Part shown: piece after piece, positions 1 through 8,136 of the stretch
How the letters are laid out: every line of letters begins with the position of its first letter
How positions within the stretch are numbered: the stretch's first letter is position 1
DNA from: Sphingobium sp.
GTDB lineage: Bacteria; Pseudomonadota; Alphaproteobacteria; Sphingomonadales; Sphingomonadaceae
Reading direction: 5' to 3'
Length of the DNA stretch: 64,000 nt
NCBI RefSeq assembly: GCF_041987595.1
Contig: NZ_JBHIWJ010000008.1
Location: 1,011 to 65,010, forward strand
Translations under genes and position numbers: made by a program
The notes under the pieces: model-generated
Database searches by the model: none
The model's input: the letters and a program-made list of their open reading frames with translations, nothing else
What the model was told of the DNA's origin: nothing

Positions 1-162
1 GTGGCCGCTTCTGAGAGATGACGATGGGCCGCCGAGTGACGACAAATGGTCGTTCCGGATCGGCAGCTTACTCGCCAGTAACCGGACCAGCGGCTGATCG
101 GCGGCGCGAAGTGATCCGCTGGCCGGGAGCGGCGATACCGGGTGGGTAGCGGATGGTCGGGT

Positions 163-498
163 TTAGATATTAAGAAGGGCGTTGTCGGACCAAACATCCT
201 CATATCCCTCAGCGACCAGAAACCTCCAGCCCGGAGGCAGGGCTATGAACGGCAATGCCGCCGGACAATACTCCTCCAAATGGTAAACATGCAGCGGCCT
301 AAAAAAATCCGGGTCATCGGACCACTCTCCTGACCAGATGAACCATCCTGTCGTCCCACTTTCCGGTGGATGACGAAGACCATTGAGCGGCAACTCACCT
401 CGCAGGGCGCTCTCGGAAATACCGACCTTGTATGTCTCTTCGGACGGCATGAACTTTGCGCCATACCGCTGACATATCTCAAGCTGCATTTCATCCAT
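163..498 (-). CDS. Imm33/DUF2185-like immunity-domain protein, no cognate toxin visible
   Basis: 111-aa ORF. Motifs GWFIWSGEWSDDPDFF and LPPGWRF match my recollection of the Imm33 (former DUF2185) family. DNA is visibly AT-richer than the phage genes to its right. Confidence 0.45.
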   Translation of the reverse strand: MDEMQLEICQRYGAKFMPSEETYKVGISESALRGELPLNGLRHPPESGTTGWFIWSGEWSDDPDFFRPLHVYHLEEYCPAALPFIALPPGWRFLVAEGYEDVWSDNALLNI

Positions 499-631
499 GC
501 GCTAGATTTAGCGGGGTCTGCCTATGTCCGCTATGGGGAAGCCAGAAAACTATCGTGATCGGCGAAAACTGGTCGCTTACGCTTTGGCAGCTTTGGCCCC
601 CGTCATTGGTAGGATGCGGGGGCCGTCGTGA

Positions 632-1450
632 CTAGCGATCGTTCGCGGGCTGCGGGAAATTGCTGATTAACACTTCGCCCGCCTTGGTCGGCTTGCCGCC
701 GACGCTGTAGGTCGTGTCGATCCCGCTGATCGTGAAGCGGGAGAAGGTGTCCCGCACGCCCTCATTATCGTTCAAGGACATGAGGAACCGGCCTTTGATC
801 CCGGCCAGCTGATCCGCCAGTGCGGCAAAGTCATCTCGCCCGAAAACATCAGGACCATAGTCGCGCTCGCATGCCCAATAGGGCGGATCGAGGTAGAACA
901 GTGCGCCGTCGCGGTCATAGCGGCGGACGAAGTCGGCATAGGGCAGGCGCTCGATCACGACGGCTTGCAGGCGTTCATGCACATCGGCCAGCATCGGCTC
1001 GATCTTGCTGACGTCGAACCGCGCCGGGGCCGCCGCGTCCACACCGAAGTTCCGGCCTGACACCTTGCCGCCGAAGGCGAGGCGCTGGACATAGAGGAAG
1101 CGGACAGCGCGCTGCAGGTCGGTCAGGCGGTCAGGATCCTGCCCCAGCAGCCGCTCGAACTCGGCCCGGCTCGCCACGCGGAATCGCAGCATGTCGACCA
1201 GATAGGGATAATGTTCGGCAAGGCAGCGGAACAGCGTCACGACGTCGCCCGAAATGTCGTTGATCGCTTCGGCGCGGGGGCGGCGCGTGCGGCGCAGGAA
1301 GATGCCGCCCATGCCCACGAAAGGCTCCGCATAGCTGCTGTGCGGGACGCTATCGATGATGGCGCATATGCGCCGGGAAAGGTTGCGTTTTCCGCCGATA
1401 TATCCGGCGACGGGCGAAACGGGGCGAACGGGAACAAAAGGGGTAGACAT
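632..1450 (-). CDS. DNA adenine methyltransferase, D12 class (Dam-like), phage cargo
   Basis: YIGGKR near the N-terminus, FVGMGGIF (FxGxG SAM motif) and LDPPYW (DPPY catalytic motif). Start moved to the internal Met (MSTPFVP) at 1450, which has an upstream AGGA. Confidence 0.85.
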   Translation of the reverse strand: MSTPFVPVRPVSPVAGYIGGKRNLSRRICAIIDSVPHSSYAEPFVGMGGIFLRRTRRPRAEAINDISGDVVTLFRCLAEHYPYLVDMLRFRVASRAEFERLLGQDPDRLTDLQRAVRFLYVQRLAFGGKVSGRNFGVDAAAPARFDVSKIEPMLADVHERLQAVVIERLPYADFVRRYDRDGALFYLDPPYWACERDYGPDVFGRDDFAALADQLAGIKGRFLMSLNDNEGVRDTFSRFTISGIDTTYSVGGKPTKAGEVLISNFPQPANDR

Positions 1451-1500
1451 GTAGGAAATCCTGCACGATGTCCCGACGCGGCATGCCACGGAGGGAACTC

Positions 1501-1523
1501 AAAAACGGGCGGGCGCGCCGCCC
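1501..1523 (-). terminator. Rho-independent terminator ending the tail-fibre operon
   Basis: The minus strand reads GGGCGG-cgcgc-CCGCCC followed by GTTTTT, about 100 nt downstream of the 85-aa gene. Confidence 0.55.
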
Positions 1524-1621
1524 TGAGAGTGCGAGTGCAGGCTCGCGGTTTGGAGATGTGGGGACATCCCAAGCCCCCTCCGTAAAGGGGGAGCGGCGGC
1601 GTTCATAGCCGCCGTCGGTCG

Positions 1622-1879
1622 TTATTCGGCTGTCGGTTCGACCGCGGGGATTTCCGGTTCCGGCGGCGGCACGGTGATGACGCCAAGGCCGATCTTTTGC
1701 GCGACGCCACGCGCCACTTCTGCAACGCGCTCTTTGGTTGCGGCCCTGTCATAAGTGCCATCGTCTTTCAGCACGGCGTTGACGCGGCGTTCGTGTTTGA
1801 TGTCGCCGCTGGTGAAGGAGACGGGGACGCTCCGGCTTTCCGGGTCAAAGACGCCGATTTTGCTTGTCAGTTCGGTCAT
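1622..1879 (-). CDS. Hypothetical phage protein downstream of the tail fibre (in the position of a fibre-assembly/accessory gene)
   Basis: 85-aa ORF with GGAG 9 nt upstream of the ATG, 30 nt after the tail-fibre stop. No motif recognised. Confidence 0.5.
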   Translation of the reverse strand: MTELTSKIGVFDPESRSVPVSFTSGDIKHERRVNAVLKDDGTYDRAATKERVAEVARGVAQKIGLGVITVPPPEPEIPAVEPTAE

Positions 1880-1909
1880 AGGGACTCCAGTGCTTGGGGT
1901 TGTAGAGGG

Positions 1910-4078
1910 TTAGACGCCGGTAGTGCGGACCCAAACCGTCACGGTGCGGTCATCAGCGTTCCAAAAAGTAATGCTGGTCGGAGGCGAACCGTTGATGGCA
2001 GTAACGCCGGTATTCTGCTGGATTTGAGTATTGCCGCCAGCCGTATTCACGCCATAGGTCGGATGGACCCAGGACGAATGCGCCGTAGGCAGCGTGTAGG
2101 TTGCATAGCTGTCCTGGCCGATCGTGATCGTGCCCCACGTTTCCTTCCGGCCGGACGCGTAAACGATATAGCCGCCGTTAGCCGTGAGGTTCTGAGAAAC
2201 GATGCGGTCAAAATCGGTGGCCTGATATCCGTCCAGCAAATCGGCGTCGAGGCCGGAACCAGAGCCGTCGTTGCTAGCGCGCCATACATTGGCGATCTGC
2301 TGGTCAAAGACAAAGGCCCCAAGATCAGTGACATCAACCTGCCCCTTTAGCCGCAGGGATGGTCCGTGCCATCCGATATAGATTTTGTTGGTGCCTTGAC
2401 CGGTTCCGCCGCCCTGCTGGACAGGCGTGAAGCCGAGGCGGCCAGCCACGTCGGAATAGTAGCTGCCCTGCTGGCCGTCGAGCAGATCGGCATCAAGGCC
2501 CGACCCTGCGCCGTCGTTGGAAGAATGCCAGGCAACGCCGCCTTGGATGTAGAAGGCGCCGCCATAAGCCCAATTCCAGACGCTGCCATATTGCGTATCG
2601 TAGAGGCCCAGTGCGACGTTGCTGGCATAGAGATAGGCCGTTTGACCAGCTCGCACGAACTCAACATGCTTCTCAGCGGTGTGAACCGAAGAAAAGACGA
2701 GGTTCCCAGCGCTGAAGGCCAACGTTCCCGACATGGTGTCCCCGGCCTTATTGACGGGTGTGTAGCCAAGACGCTGGGGGATATTTGAATAATAGCCACT
2801 GTCCTGACCGTCGAGCAAATCAGCGTCCAGCCCAGACCCTGCGCCATCATTGCCCGCATGCCATACAGTGGAGCCTCCCCATTGCAGCGTGCTATCCAAG
2901 GTGAGCCGAAGAGAGCCGGGCTGGATCAGAAGCCTAGTGTTCGCGCCCGACGAGGTATCTTCGCGAACGCTAAATGATGAACCGTCGGTGATGACGTGCC
3001 ATTGTTTCCCGGTATCGGTCTCCGACATCGCAATCCATGGCACCGCGCTTTCGAGCGTCAGCTTGCCCGTCATGGTGCCGCCAGTGACCGGAAGAGGAAC
3101 ATAGCCGAGGCGCTGGGTGATGTTCGAATAGTAGCTGCCGTCCTGCCCGTCGAGCAGATCGGCGTCGAGGCCCGAACCCGCCCCATCGTTGTTCGGTCCC
3201 CAAAAGACGCCCTGACCCTGCGATGACGCCATGCCAGCAGGTGTCAGCATCAAACCGCTGACGAACGAAGAACCGAAATTGTCCGTGGTGTATTGCAGGT
3301 GAAAATTGCCGCCACTTCCCGCGAGATTAGTCCCGATGGCGCGCCATTTATAGTTCCCGGTGCCCGAAAAATGCAGTTCCTGACTGCCGATTTTGGAGAT
3401 CGCGAGGTTGCCGGTGAAGGTGTCGCCCGCCCGATTTGCGGGCGTGTAGCCGAGACGCTGCGGGATGTTCGCATAGTAGCTGCCGTCCTGCCCGTCGAGC
3501 AGATCGGCGTCGAGGCCGCTGCCGGAACCATCCTGCGCCAGCAGCCACCCCAAGATTGCGGCCTTGGCGGCAACGGGCGTCAGGGCGCGCAGGGCGTCGA
3601 TACCGGCCTGCGCCTCTGCGACGGTCGCGAGTTCAACCACGCCTTGCCGTTCCGTCGTGGCGGGCGGGTTGAGGAAATTGGTGTCGCCGAAGGTCAGCAT
3701 GGTGGCGGCCACGTCGGCGAACTGCACGTCGATCGCGAGCAGCATGATCGCCTGCGCCGACTTTTCCAAGATGGCTTCCGCCTGCCCGTAAATGGCGAAC
3801 AGGGTGCCGTCGGCCAGATAGAGGGCGAAGCTGCGGACCGTGAAAACGTCCGCGCTCTCGTCGCGCACGATCAGATGGATCGTATCGTCGGCAACGACAT
3901 CGCCGGAGATCGTCGCGATGCGCTTATATTCGCCGGGCAGTGCCGTAATGCCGACGCCGGGAACAACGGCGGTGGCGGTAAGGCCGACCTGCGCGATGGC
4001 GACAGGTGCCGTGCCGGTGTTGCTGGCATTTACAAGCGCGGCGCGGCCCGCATTGGTGACGATAGCGGTAAGGGCCAT
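1910..4078 (-). CDS. Phage tail fibre protein (P2 gpH-like N-terminus, repeat-rich shaft)
   Basis: The N-terminus MALTAIVTNAGRAALVNA... resembles the gpH/tail-collar N-domain. GGAGGAA RBS precedes the ATG at 4078. Five GSGLDADLLDG repeats. Lies directly after gpI. Confidence 0.85.
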   Translation of the reverse strand: MALTAIVTNAGRAALVNASNTGTAPVAIAQVGLTATAVVPGVGITALPGEYKRIATISGDVVADDTIHLIVRDESADVFTVRSFALYLADGTLFAIYGQAEAILEKSAQAIMLLAIDVQFADVAATMLTFGDTNFLNPPATTERQGVVELATVAEAQAGIDALRALTPVAAKAAILGWLLAQDGSGSGLDADLLDGQDGSYYANIPQRLGYTPANRAGDTFTGNLAISKIGSQELHFSGTGNYKWRAIGTNLAGSGGNFHLQYTTDNFGSSFVSGLMLTPAGMASSQGQGVFWGPNNDGAGSGLDADLLDGQDGSYYSNITQRLGYVPLPVTGGTMTGKLTLESAVPWIAMSETDTGKQWHVITDGSSFSVREDTSSGANTRLLIQPGSLRLTLDSTLQWGGSTVWHAGNDGAGSGLDADLLDGQDSGYYSNIPQRLGYTPVNKAGDTMSGTLAFSAGNLVFSSVHTAEKHVEFVRAGQTAYLYASNVALGLYDTQYGSVWNWAYGGAFYIQGGVAWHSSNDGAGSGLDADLLDGQQGSYYSDVAGRLGFTPVQQGGGTGQGTNKIYIGWHGPSLRLKGQVDVTDLGAFVFDQQIANVWRASNDGSGSGLDADLLDGYQATDFDRIVSQNLTANGGYIVYASGRKETWGTITIGQDSYATYTLPTAHSSWVHPTYGVNTAGGNTQIQQNTGVTAINGSPPTSITFWNADDRTVTVWVRTTGV
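2228..3532 (-). repeat. Five in-frame repeat modules inside the tail-fibre gene
   Basis: N-D-G-(A/S)-G-S-G-L-D-A-D-L-L-D-G-Q-x-G-S-Y-Y-x-x-I-x-Q-R-L-G-Y-T-P recurs at aa 198, 312, 425, 536 and 618 of the 737-aa ORF (spacing about 112 aa). Near-identical ~44-nt stretches occur at 3131-3180 and 3477-3525. Confidence 0.9.
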
Positions 4079-4089
4079 GATTCCTCCGG

Positions 4090-4653
4090 TCAGGGGGCGG
4101 GAGTTTCGGGCGGCGCCGTGCAAGGCAGGCGGGCATAGATGATCGGGCGAACAGCCGCGATCAGGCCGATGCTGGCCTTGGCGGTGATGCCCTGGGTGAA
4201 GGTGAAGTGGCTGCGCACCGGCTTGGCGCGACTGACTTCGGCGATGACCTGATCGACAAAGGCCGCCGATGCGGGCGCGCCGTTCTGGTCAAGATTGAGG
4301 ACGAGGTTGAAGGTGTGCGGATCACCCTTCGGCTCCATCTGCCACCATTCGCGGATAGCGACCGAGCCGCCGAAACTCTGGACGACGGCGCGCACGGATG
4401 CGGCGGTGCCCTTCTGACGGGCGATGATGATGGCCTTGCGGACGCGCTCGCGCTTGACGCCTTCCGGCCAATCGCTCGACCAATTGTCGAGCGACAGCCC
4501 CCACGCCAGCCATGGCAACAGGGCGCTGGGGCAGTTGGACGGCGACCAGACGTCCCTGACCAGCACGGCGATGTCGAGCAGGCGCGCAATGACCTGCTCC
4601 AGCGCCTTTTCGAGATCGGTCGATGCCGGGGGCAGAATGGACGGATAGGTCAT
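4090..4653 (-). CDS. Phage tail protein I (P2 gpI-like)
   Basis: 187 aa. ...ALLPWLAWGLSLDNWSSDWPE...KRERVRKAIIIARQKGTAASV... is typical of gpI. ATGA overlap with the gpJ stop. Confidence 0.85.
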   Translation of the reverse strand: MTYPSILPPASTDLEKALEQVIARLLDIAVLVRDVWSPSNCPSALLPWLAWGLSLDNWSSDWPEGVKRERVRKAIIIARQKGTAASVRAVVQSFGGSVAIREWWQMEPKGDPHTFNLVLNLDQNGAPASAAFVDQVIAEVSRAKPVRSHFTFTQGITAKASIGLIAAVRPIIYARLPCTAPPETPAP

Positions 4654-5552
4654 TCGCCCGTCCCCGCGTAGCTGAGCGTGATGCCGGTGCAGTAAGGGGC
4701 CTGCTCGCGCGAGATCACGATGTCCGCAGCCGGGGACGTCAAGACGACATTCTGCACGCCCTCGACATGCAGGGCGGCGAAGATGCCCGATCGAGTGATG
4801 TCGCGGCCAAGGCGGTGGCTGGAGGCGACATAATCATCCAGCTTGGCGCGGGCCGCGTCGAGAACCACGCTGCCATCGGGACCGCTGAATGTCGTGATGG
4901 TGGCGTTGACGTTGTAATTGACGATCGCGGCGGACTGGACGGTCACAAAGTCGGTCAGCGGGCGGCGCGTTTCGTCGGAGACATAGGCGGCGACGGTGGC
5001 GATCAGCCCGGCGGACGCCGCGCCCGATCCGGTGCGGGACAGGACAGACACCAGAACTTCGCCGGGGTCGGGGCTGGTCGCGCTGGCGTCCAGCACATCG
5101 GGGTCCGCCGACAGGGCGTGGAAGATATAGGCCCCTTCCGGCCCAGCCACGGAATAGCCTTCGGGTGCCAGCACCATGCGGCGGCGGAAATCGGCGTCGC
5201 TCTCCATGACAGCCGGGATCCCCAGCACTTCATCCGCCGGGGTGATGGTCAGGCGAGTGATGCCGAACAGGGCGGCGATGTTGTCGAGATCCGCGCCCAC
5301 CGCATAGGCGGGCATGACGGCGCGGGCAGCGTCGTTGACGCGCTGGCGCAGCAGCTGGGCGAAATAGGCGAAGGTCTGGAGCAGCTTGGATGCCGGGTCG
5401 CTGTCCCGGCTCACAAATTCCGGCATCAGCGTCTGCATGAATGCGACGGCGTCCGCGTAGATCGTTTCGAAATCTAGCGGGTCGATTATGTCCGGCGCGG
5501 GAAGGCGCGACAGATCAACGGCGGTGAAGGTTGCATCGGCCATGGCCGCCAT
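4650..5552 (-). CDS. Baseplate assembly protein J (P2 gpJ-like)
   Basis: 300 aa, collinear with P2 gpJ as I recall it (LPAPDIIDPLDFE..., RLTITPAD, VMESDADFRRR, HRLGRDI..., ALHVEGVQ). Confidence 0.9.
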   Translation of the reverse strand: MAAMADATFTAVDLSRLPAPDIIDPLDFETIYADAVAFMQTLMPEFVSRDSDPASKLLQTFAYFAQLLRQRVNDAARAVMPAYAVGADLDNIAALFGITRLTITPADEVLGIPAVMESDADFRRRMVLAPEGYSVAGPEGAYIFHALSADPDVLDASATSPDPGEVLVSVLSRTGSGAASAGLIATVAAYVSDETRRPLTDFVTVQSAAIVNYNVNATITTFSGPDGSVVLDAARAKLDDYVASSHRLGRDITRSGIFAALHVEGVQNVVLTSPAADIVISREQAPYCTGITLSYAGTGE

Positions 5553-5582
5553 GTCGGGGCAGGCTATGGGGGTGCGCTATGC

Positions 5583-5612
5583 CCCTGTATTTGGACAGGC
5601 GGCTATCCAAAT
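5583..5612. promoter_or_regulatory. 30-bp conserved dyad element, copy 1 (candidate late-promoter or operator site upstream of J)
   Basis: CCCTGTATTTGGACAGGCGGCTATCCAAAT. Contains the ATTTGGA-N10-TCCAAAT dyad. 29/30 identical to 13135-13164. Sits 31 bp upstream of the J start. Confidence 0.5.
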
Positions 5613-5657
5613 GAAGACTTAGCGTGTGGATCAAAAGGCCGAGGGCCAAATCCCGTT

Positions 5658-6617
5658 TTAGAAGGAAGCCATTTCCCACTCGTCCCATGTGCCGGTGTTC
5701 AACAGTCGCCCACCGTCGATTCCTTGGCGGACTTCAGCGGAGAAAACGGACGGAGGCCAAAATTGCATTCCGCCCGATCCATTGCCCATGAGATCGGTCA
5801 GACGATAGTAATCAGCGATGTCCCGAATGCTGGGGTCAGTTTGTGCCAACCTTCTGGTAAGAGTGCAGATCATCGCACCTATCGGCTGAAAGGTGGTCTT
5901 CTGCCCGTCAGTTGCGACCGTCGCCCCAGAGAGTGATCCACCCACCCCCCATTCCCCGCCGAACAGTGTGCGCAAGGCCTGTTCTTCATTTGGCATCCAG
6001 CTTGCTCGATAGCAGGCCGCTAGCAAAGGTGCCCATGTGCCAACGTCGGCAACGCAGACAAGGTCGATCAAATTAGAGGGACGATTTGCGGCCTCTGATA
6101 CATTTCGTAAAGCCGTTTCGATATTTTCAGCTGGGCGCGACGCACCGGCCTTCCAAGCATGGGAATGTGCCAAGACACCGTATATAAGAGGGGAGCGCAG
6201 TTCTGCAGCTGGGCTGCCCAACCGGTTAGGGAATAAGGCCTTGAATTTAGCGCACCTCTCACCGGAAGCCTTGATGTGTTCAGATCGGAGGGTGGTTTTG
6301 CACTCGAAGGCGGCCGCCACACCGCCCGCTAACCAGACCTTCTTTTCGCGCAGCTTCAACGGATAGGAGGGTTTGAGCACAAGGACGTCAATTTGGGGAG
6401 ACATCCGGCCATCGGTCCCGATTATTCTGCCCTTGGTAGTGACGAAATAATGCGGCGGAAGCCATTCTCGCAGCAAAGTTGCCCAGTTTTCTTCCCCTTC
6501 ATCACCGGCTGTGCCGGGATCCTCAGCCGTTTTCTCGAATATGCGTTTGTATTCCGAGGCCATTTCAAGGGCGACTTGAGCCATAAATGTATGAAGGTCG
6601 TGGACTTTTTCACTCAT
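5658..6617 (-). CDS. PD-(D/E)xK (restriction-endonuclease-like) fold protein, DUF6602-like, prophage cargo
   Basis: 319 aa. Acidic helix GDEGEENWATLLREWLP, then SPQIDVLVLK...(27 aa)...AAFECKTTL, giving a D...ExK core. Low-GC DNA. Occupies the S/V junction of the P2-like late region. Confidence 0.55.
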   Translation of the reverse strand: MSEKVHDLHTFMAQVALEMASEYKRIFEKTAEDPGTAGDEGEENWATLLREWLPPHYFVTTKGRIIGTDGRMSPQIDVLVLKPSYPLKLREKKVWLAGGVAAAFECKTTLRSEHIKASGERCAKFKALFPNRLGSPAAELRSPLIYGVLAHSHAWKAGASRPAENIETALRNVSEAANRPSNLIDLVCVADVGTWAPLLAACYRASWMPNEEQALRTLFGGEWGVGGSLSGATVATDGQKTTFQPIGAMICTLTRRLAQTDPSIRDIADYYRLTDLMGNGSGGMQFWPPSVFSAEVRQGIDGGRLLNTGTWDEWEMASF

Positions 6618-6656
6618 GCGCGCTGCATAAGAGCATTCACATCGCAGTCCAAGAGT

Positions 6657-7328
6657 TTAGCCACTCGCAATCTGTTGATAGAGTAGATCCAGCAGCTGCT
6701 CGCGATCGGCGGCTGTCGCGCCGAGCAGTTCGCGCTTCAGATAGGGCACGGCTTGCGCCCGCAGGGAAGGCTTGTCCCGCAGGCCATATTGGTGGACGCC
6801 CGCGATCTGCGACACCTTGCCGGAAAAACCTACCCAGAAGCCCTGATCGTCCGTGCCGGTGCGCAGGAATCGCCCACTCGCCAAGCGCCGGAACATGGCG
6901 CGGCGACGCAGGCCACCCCGGCGGCGCAGGCTGCTGCCGCCCGCGTTGCGATGCTCCTCCGGGACCGGGAGCCATTTGACGACCTTGTCGAACTCGAATG
7001 AGCGGATCCCGCCCGCCTCAATATCGAAGCCGGTCATCATGCGGCCTGTCGTCCAGGCGAAAGACTTCATGATGACCTTGCGCGGCTCGACGCCGCCGCC
7101 GGATGGATAGAGGAAGCATGTCGCGCCCCGCCCCGGCACCGGCGGGGCCTTTTCCTTTCGCGCCTCGAATTTCGAGCCGTCAGGCTGGCGCTGGGCGGCG
7201 ATGCGCTCGCGCTGACTCTGGGCCAAGGTGCGGGCCATGCGGCGCATGAGGGTGCGGCGCTGGCCTGACGACAGGCTGCGGATCAGCGCCCCGGCAATGC
7301 GCTCGATCTCGGCAAGATCCTCGCTCAT
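6657..7328 (-). CDS. Tail completion / virion morphogenesis protein (P2 gpS-like)
   Basis: 223 aa, position after gpR with a 4-nt overlap. The pattern ...GQRRTLMRRMARTL...QRERIAAQRQPDGSKF...VHQYG... is typical of Phage_tail_S family members. Confidence 0.75.
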   Translation of the reverse strand: MSEDLAEIERIAGALIRSLSSGQRRTLMRRMARTLAQSQRERIAAQRQPDGSKFEARKEKAPPVPGRGATCFLYPSGGGVEPRKVIMKSFAWTTGRMMTGFDIEAGGIRSFEFDKVVKWLPVPEEHRNAGGSSLRRRGGLRRRAMFRRLASGRFLRTGTDDQGFWVGFSGKVSQIAGVHQYGLRDKPSLRAQAVPYLKRELLGATAADREQLLDLLYQQIASG

Positions 7329-7843
7329 GCGTTCGGCGGAATCGCCGGGGTCAGATCCGCGTTGGGATCGGACGTCTCAACCAGCAATTCTGTGTTGCCG
7401 AAGCCCTGAAGGAATGAGGCTGTGACGCCGTCGAAGGCGTCGCAGAAATTCGGCTCCGCCGGGTGCTGGACGTCATAGCCGCTGCCATCGGCGCGGGGCA
7501 GGACAAGGACGGTTTCGGTCAGGTCGATCGAGATCAGGATGTCCGACGCTTCGCTGTCGAGCAGTTCGGCCTGAAAGGTGAAGGGCTGGGCATCGGTGCG
7601 GCGCAGCAGCTGGGGCTGTTCCTTCTCGATCCATGCCAGCATCGGCACCATGATCGTGTCGGCGTCCCCGGCAAATTCCCAGATCCCGACCTTGAGCGTA
7701 TAGGCATAGACGAATGACAGCGTGCGGGACTGGCGCGTGCCGATCTGCCCGCCTTCCACATAGATCTGGAGGCGGTCAGGGTGGGTTTTCAGGTCGGGCA
7801 GGAAGGCGGTGAGCCACTGCCGCAGGCTGTCGGCCTTGCGCAT
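7325..7843 (-). CDS. Tail completion protein R (P2 gpR-like)
   Basis: 172 aa. The N-terminus MRKADSLRQWLTAFLPDLKTHPDRLQIYVEGG parallels P2 gpR (MLKPDSLRRALT...NPDMLRIFVDNG, from memory). Confidence 0.8.
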   Translation of the reverse strand: MRKADSLRQWLTAFLPDLKTHPDRLQIYVEGGQIGTRQSRTLSFVYAYTLKVGIWEFAGDADTIMVPMLAWIEKEQPQLLRRTDAQPFTFQAELLDSEASDILISIDLTETVLVLPRADGSGYDVQHPAEPNFCDAFDGVTASFLQGFGNTELLVETSDPNADLTPAIPPNA

Positions 7844-7845
7844 CG

Positions 7846-8136
7846 TCAGTCCGCCTGTCCGTTCGCCATGCGGGCCTGCGCCTGCAATTCGATCAGGGTG
7901 GCGCGGATCTGGCCCGCGACGTCATAAATGCTGGTGAGACTGCCGAGGCATTGCGCCCCGGTCATCTCGCCCGCGTCAGTCCGCTGGACTTTCGGCAATG
8001 GGGCGGGTGTCGCCAGCAATCCCCCAGAGATCTTCGCTGTTGGCCGTGGCTGCGGCGCGGTCGAGCAGGCCGACGCCATCAGCATCGACGCACAGATTGC
8101 GATAGACCGGCTTTTCGATGACCTTCTGAGTTTCAT
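7846..8136 (-). CDS. o-spanin (Rz1/LysC-like lipoprotein), overlapping the i-spanin gene out of frame
   Basis: From Met37 of the 132-aa ORF: MKLRRSSKSRSIAICASMLMASAC-STAPQPRPT... A basic n-region, a hydrophobic core, an ASAC lipobox-like site and a Pro-rich mature N-terminus. Overlaps 7976-8136 of the Rz-like gene. Confidence 0.55.
   Translation of the reverse strand: MKLRRSSKSRSIAICASMLMASACSTAPQPRPTAKISGGLLATPAPLPKVQRTDAGEMTGAQCLGSLTSIYDVAGQIRATLIELQAQARMANGQAD

Noticed and set aside
5553-5657. A remnant of gpW or gpV coding sequence between the nuclease-like gene and J.
   Set aside because: There are only 105 nt, no open frame, and the space is occupied by the 30-bp conserved dyad element. 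No V- or W-like translation is visible in any frame between 5553 and 6656.
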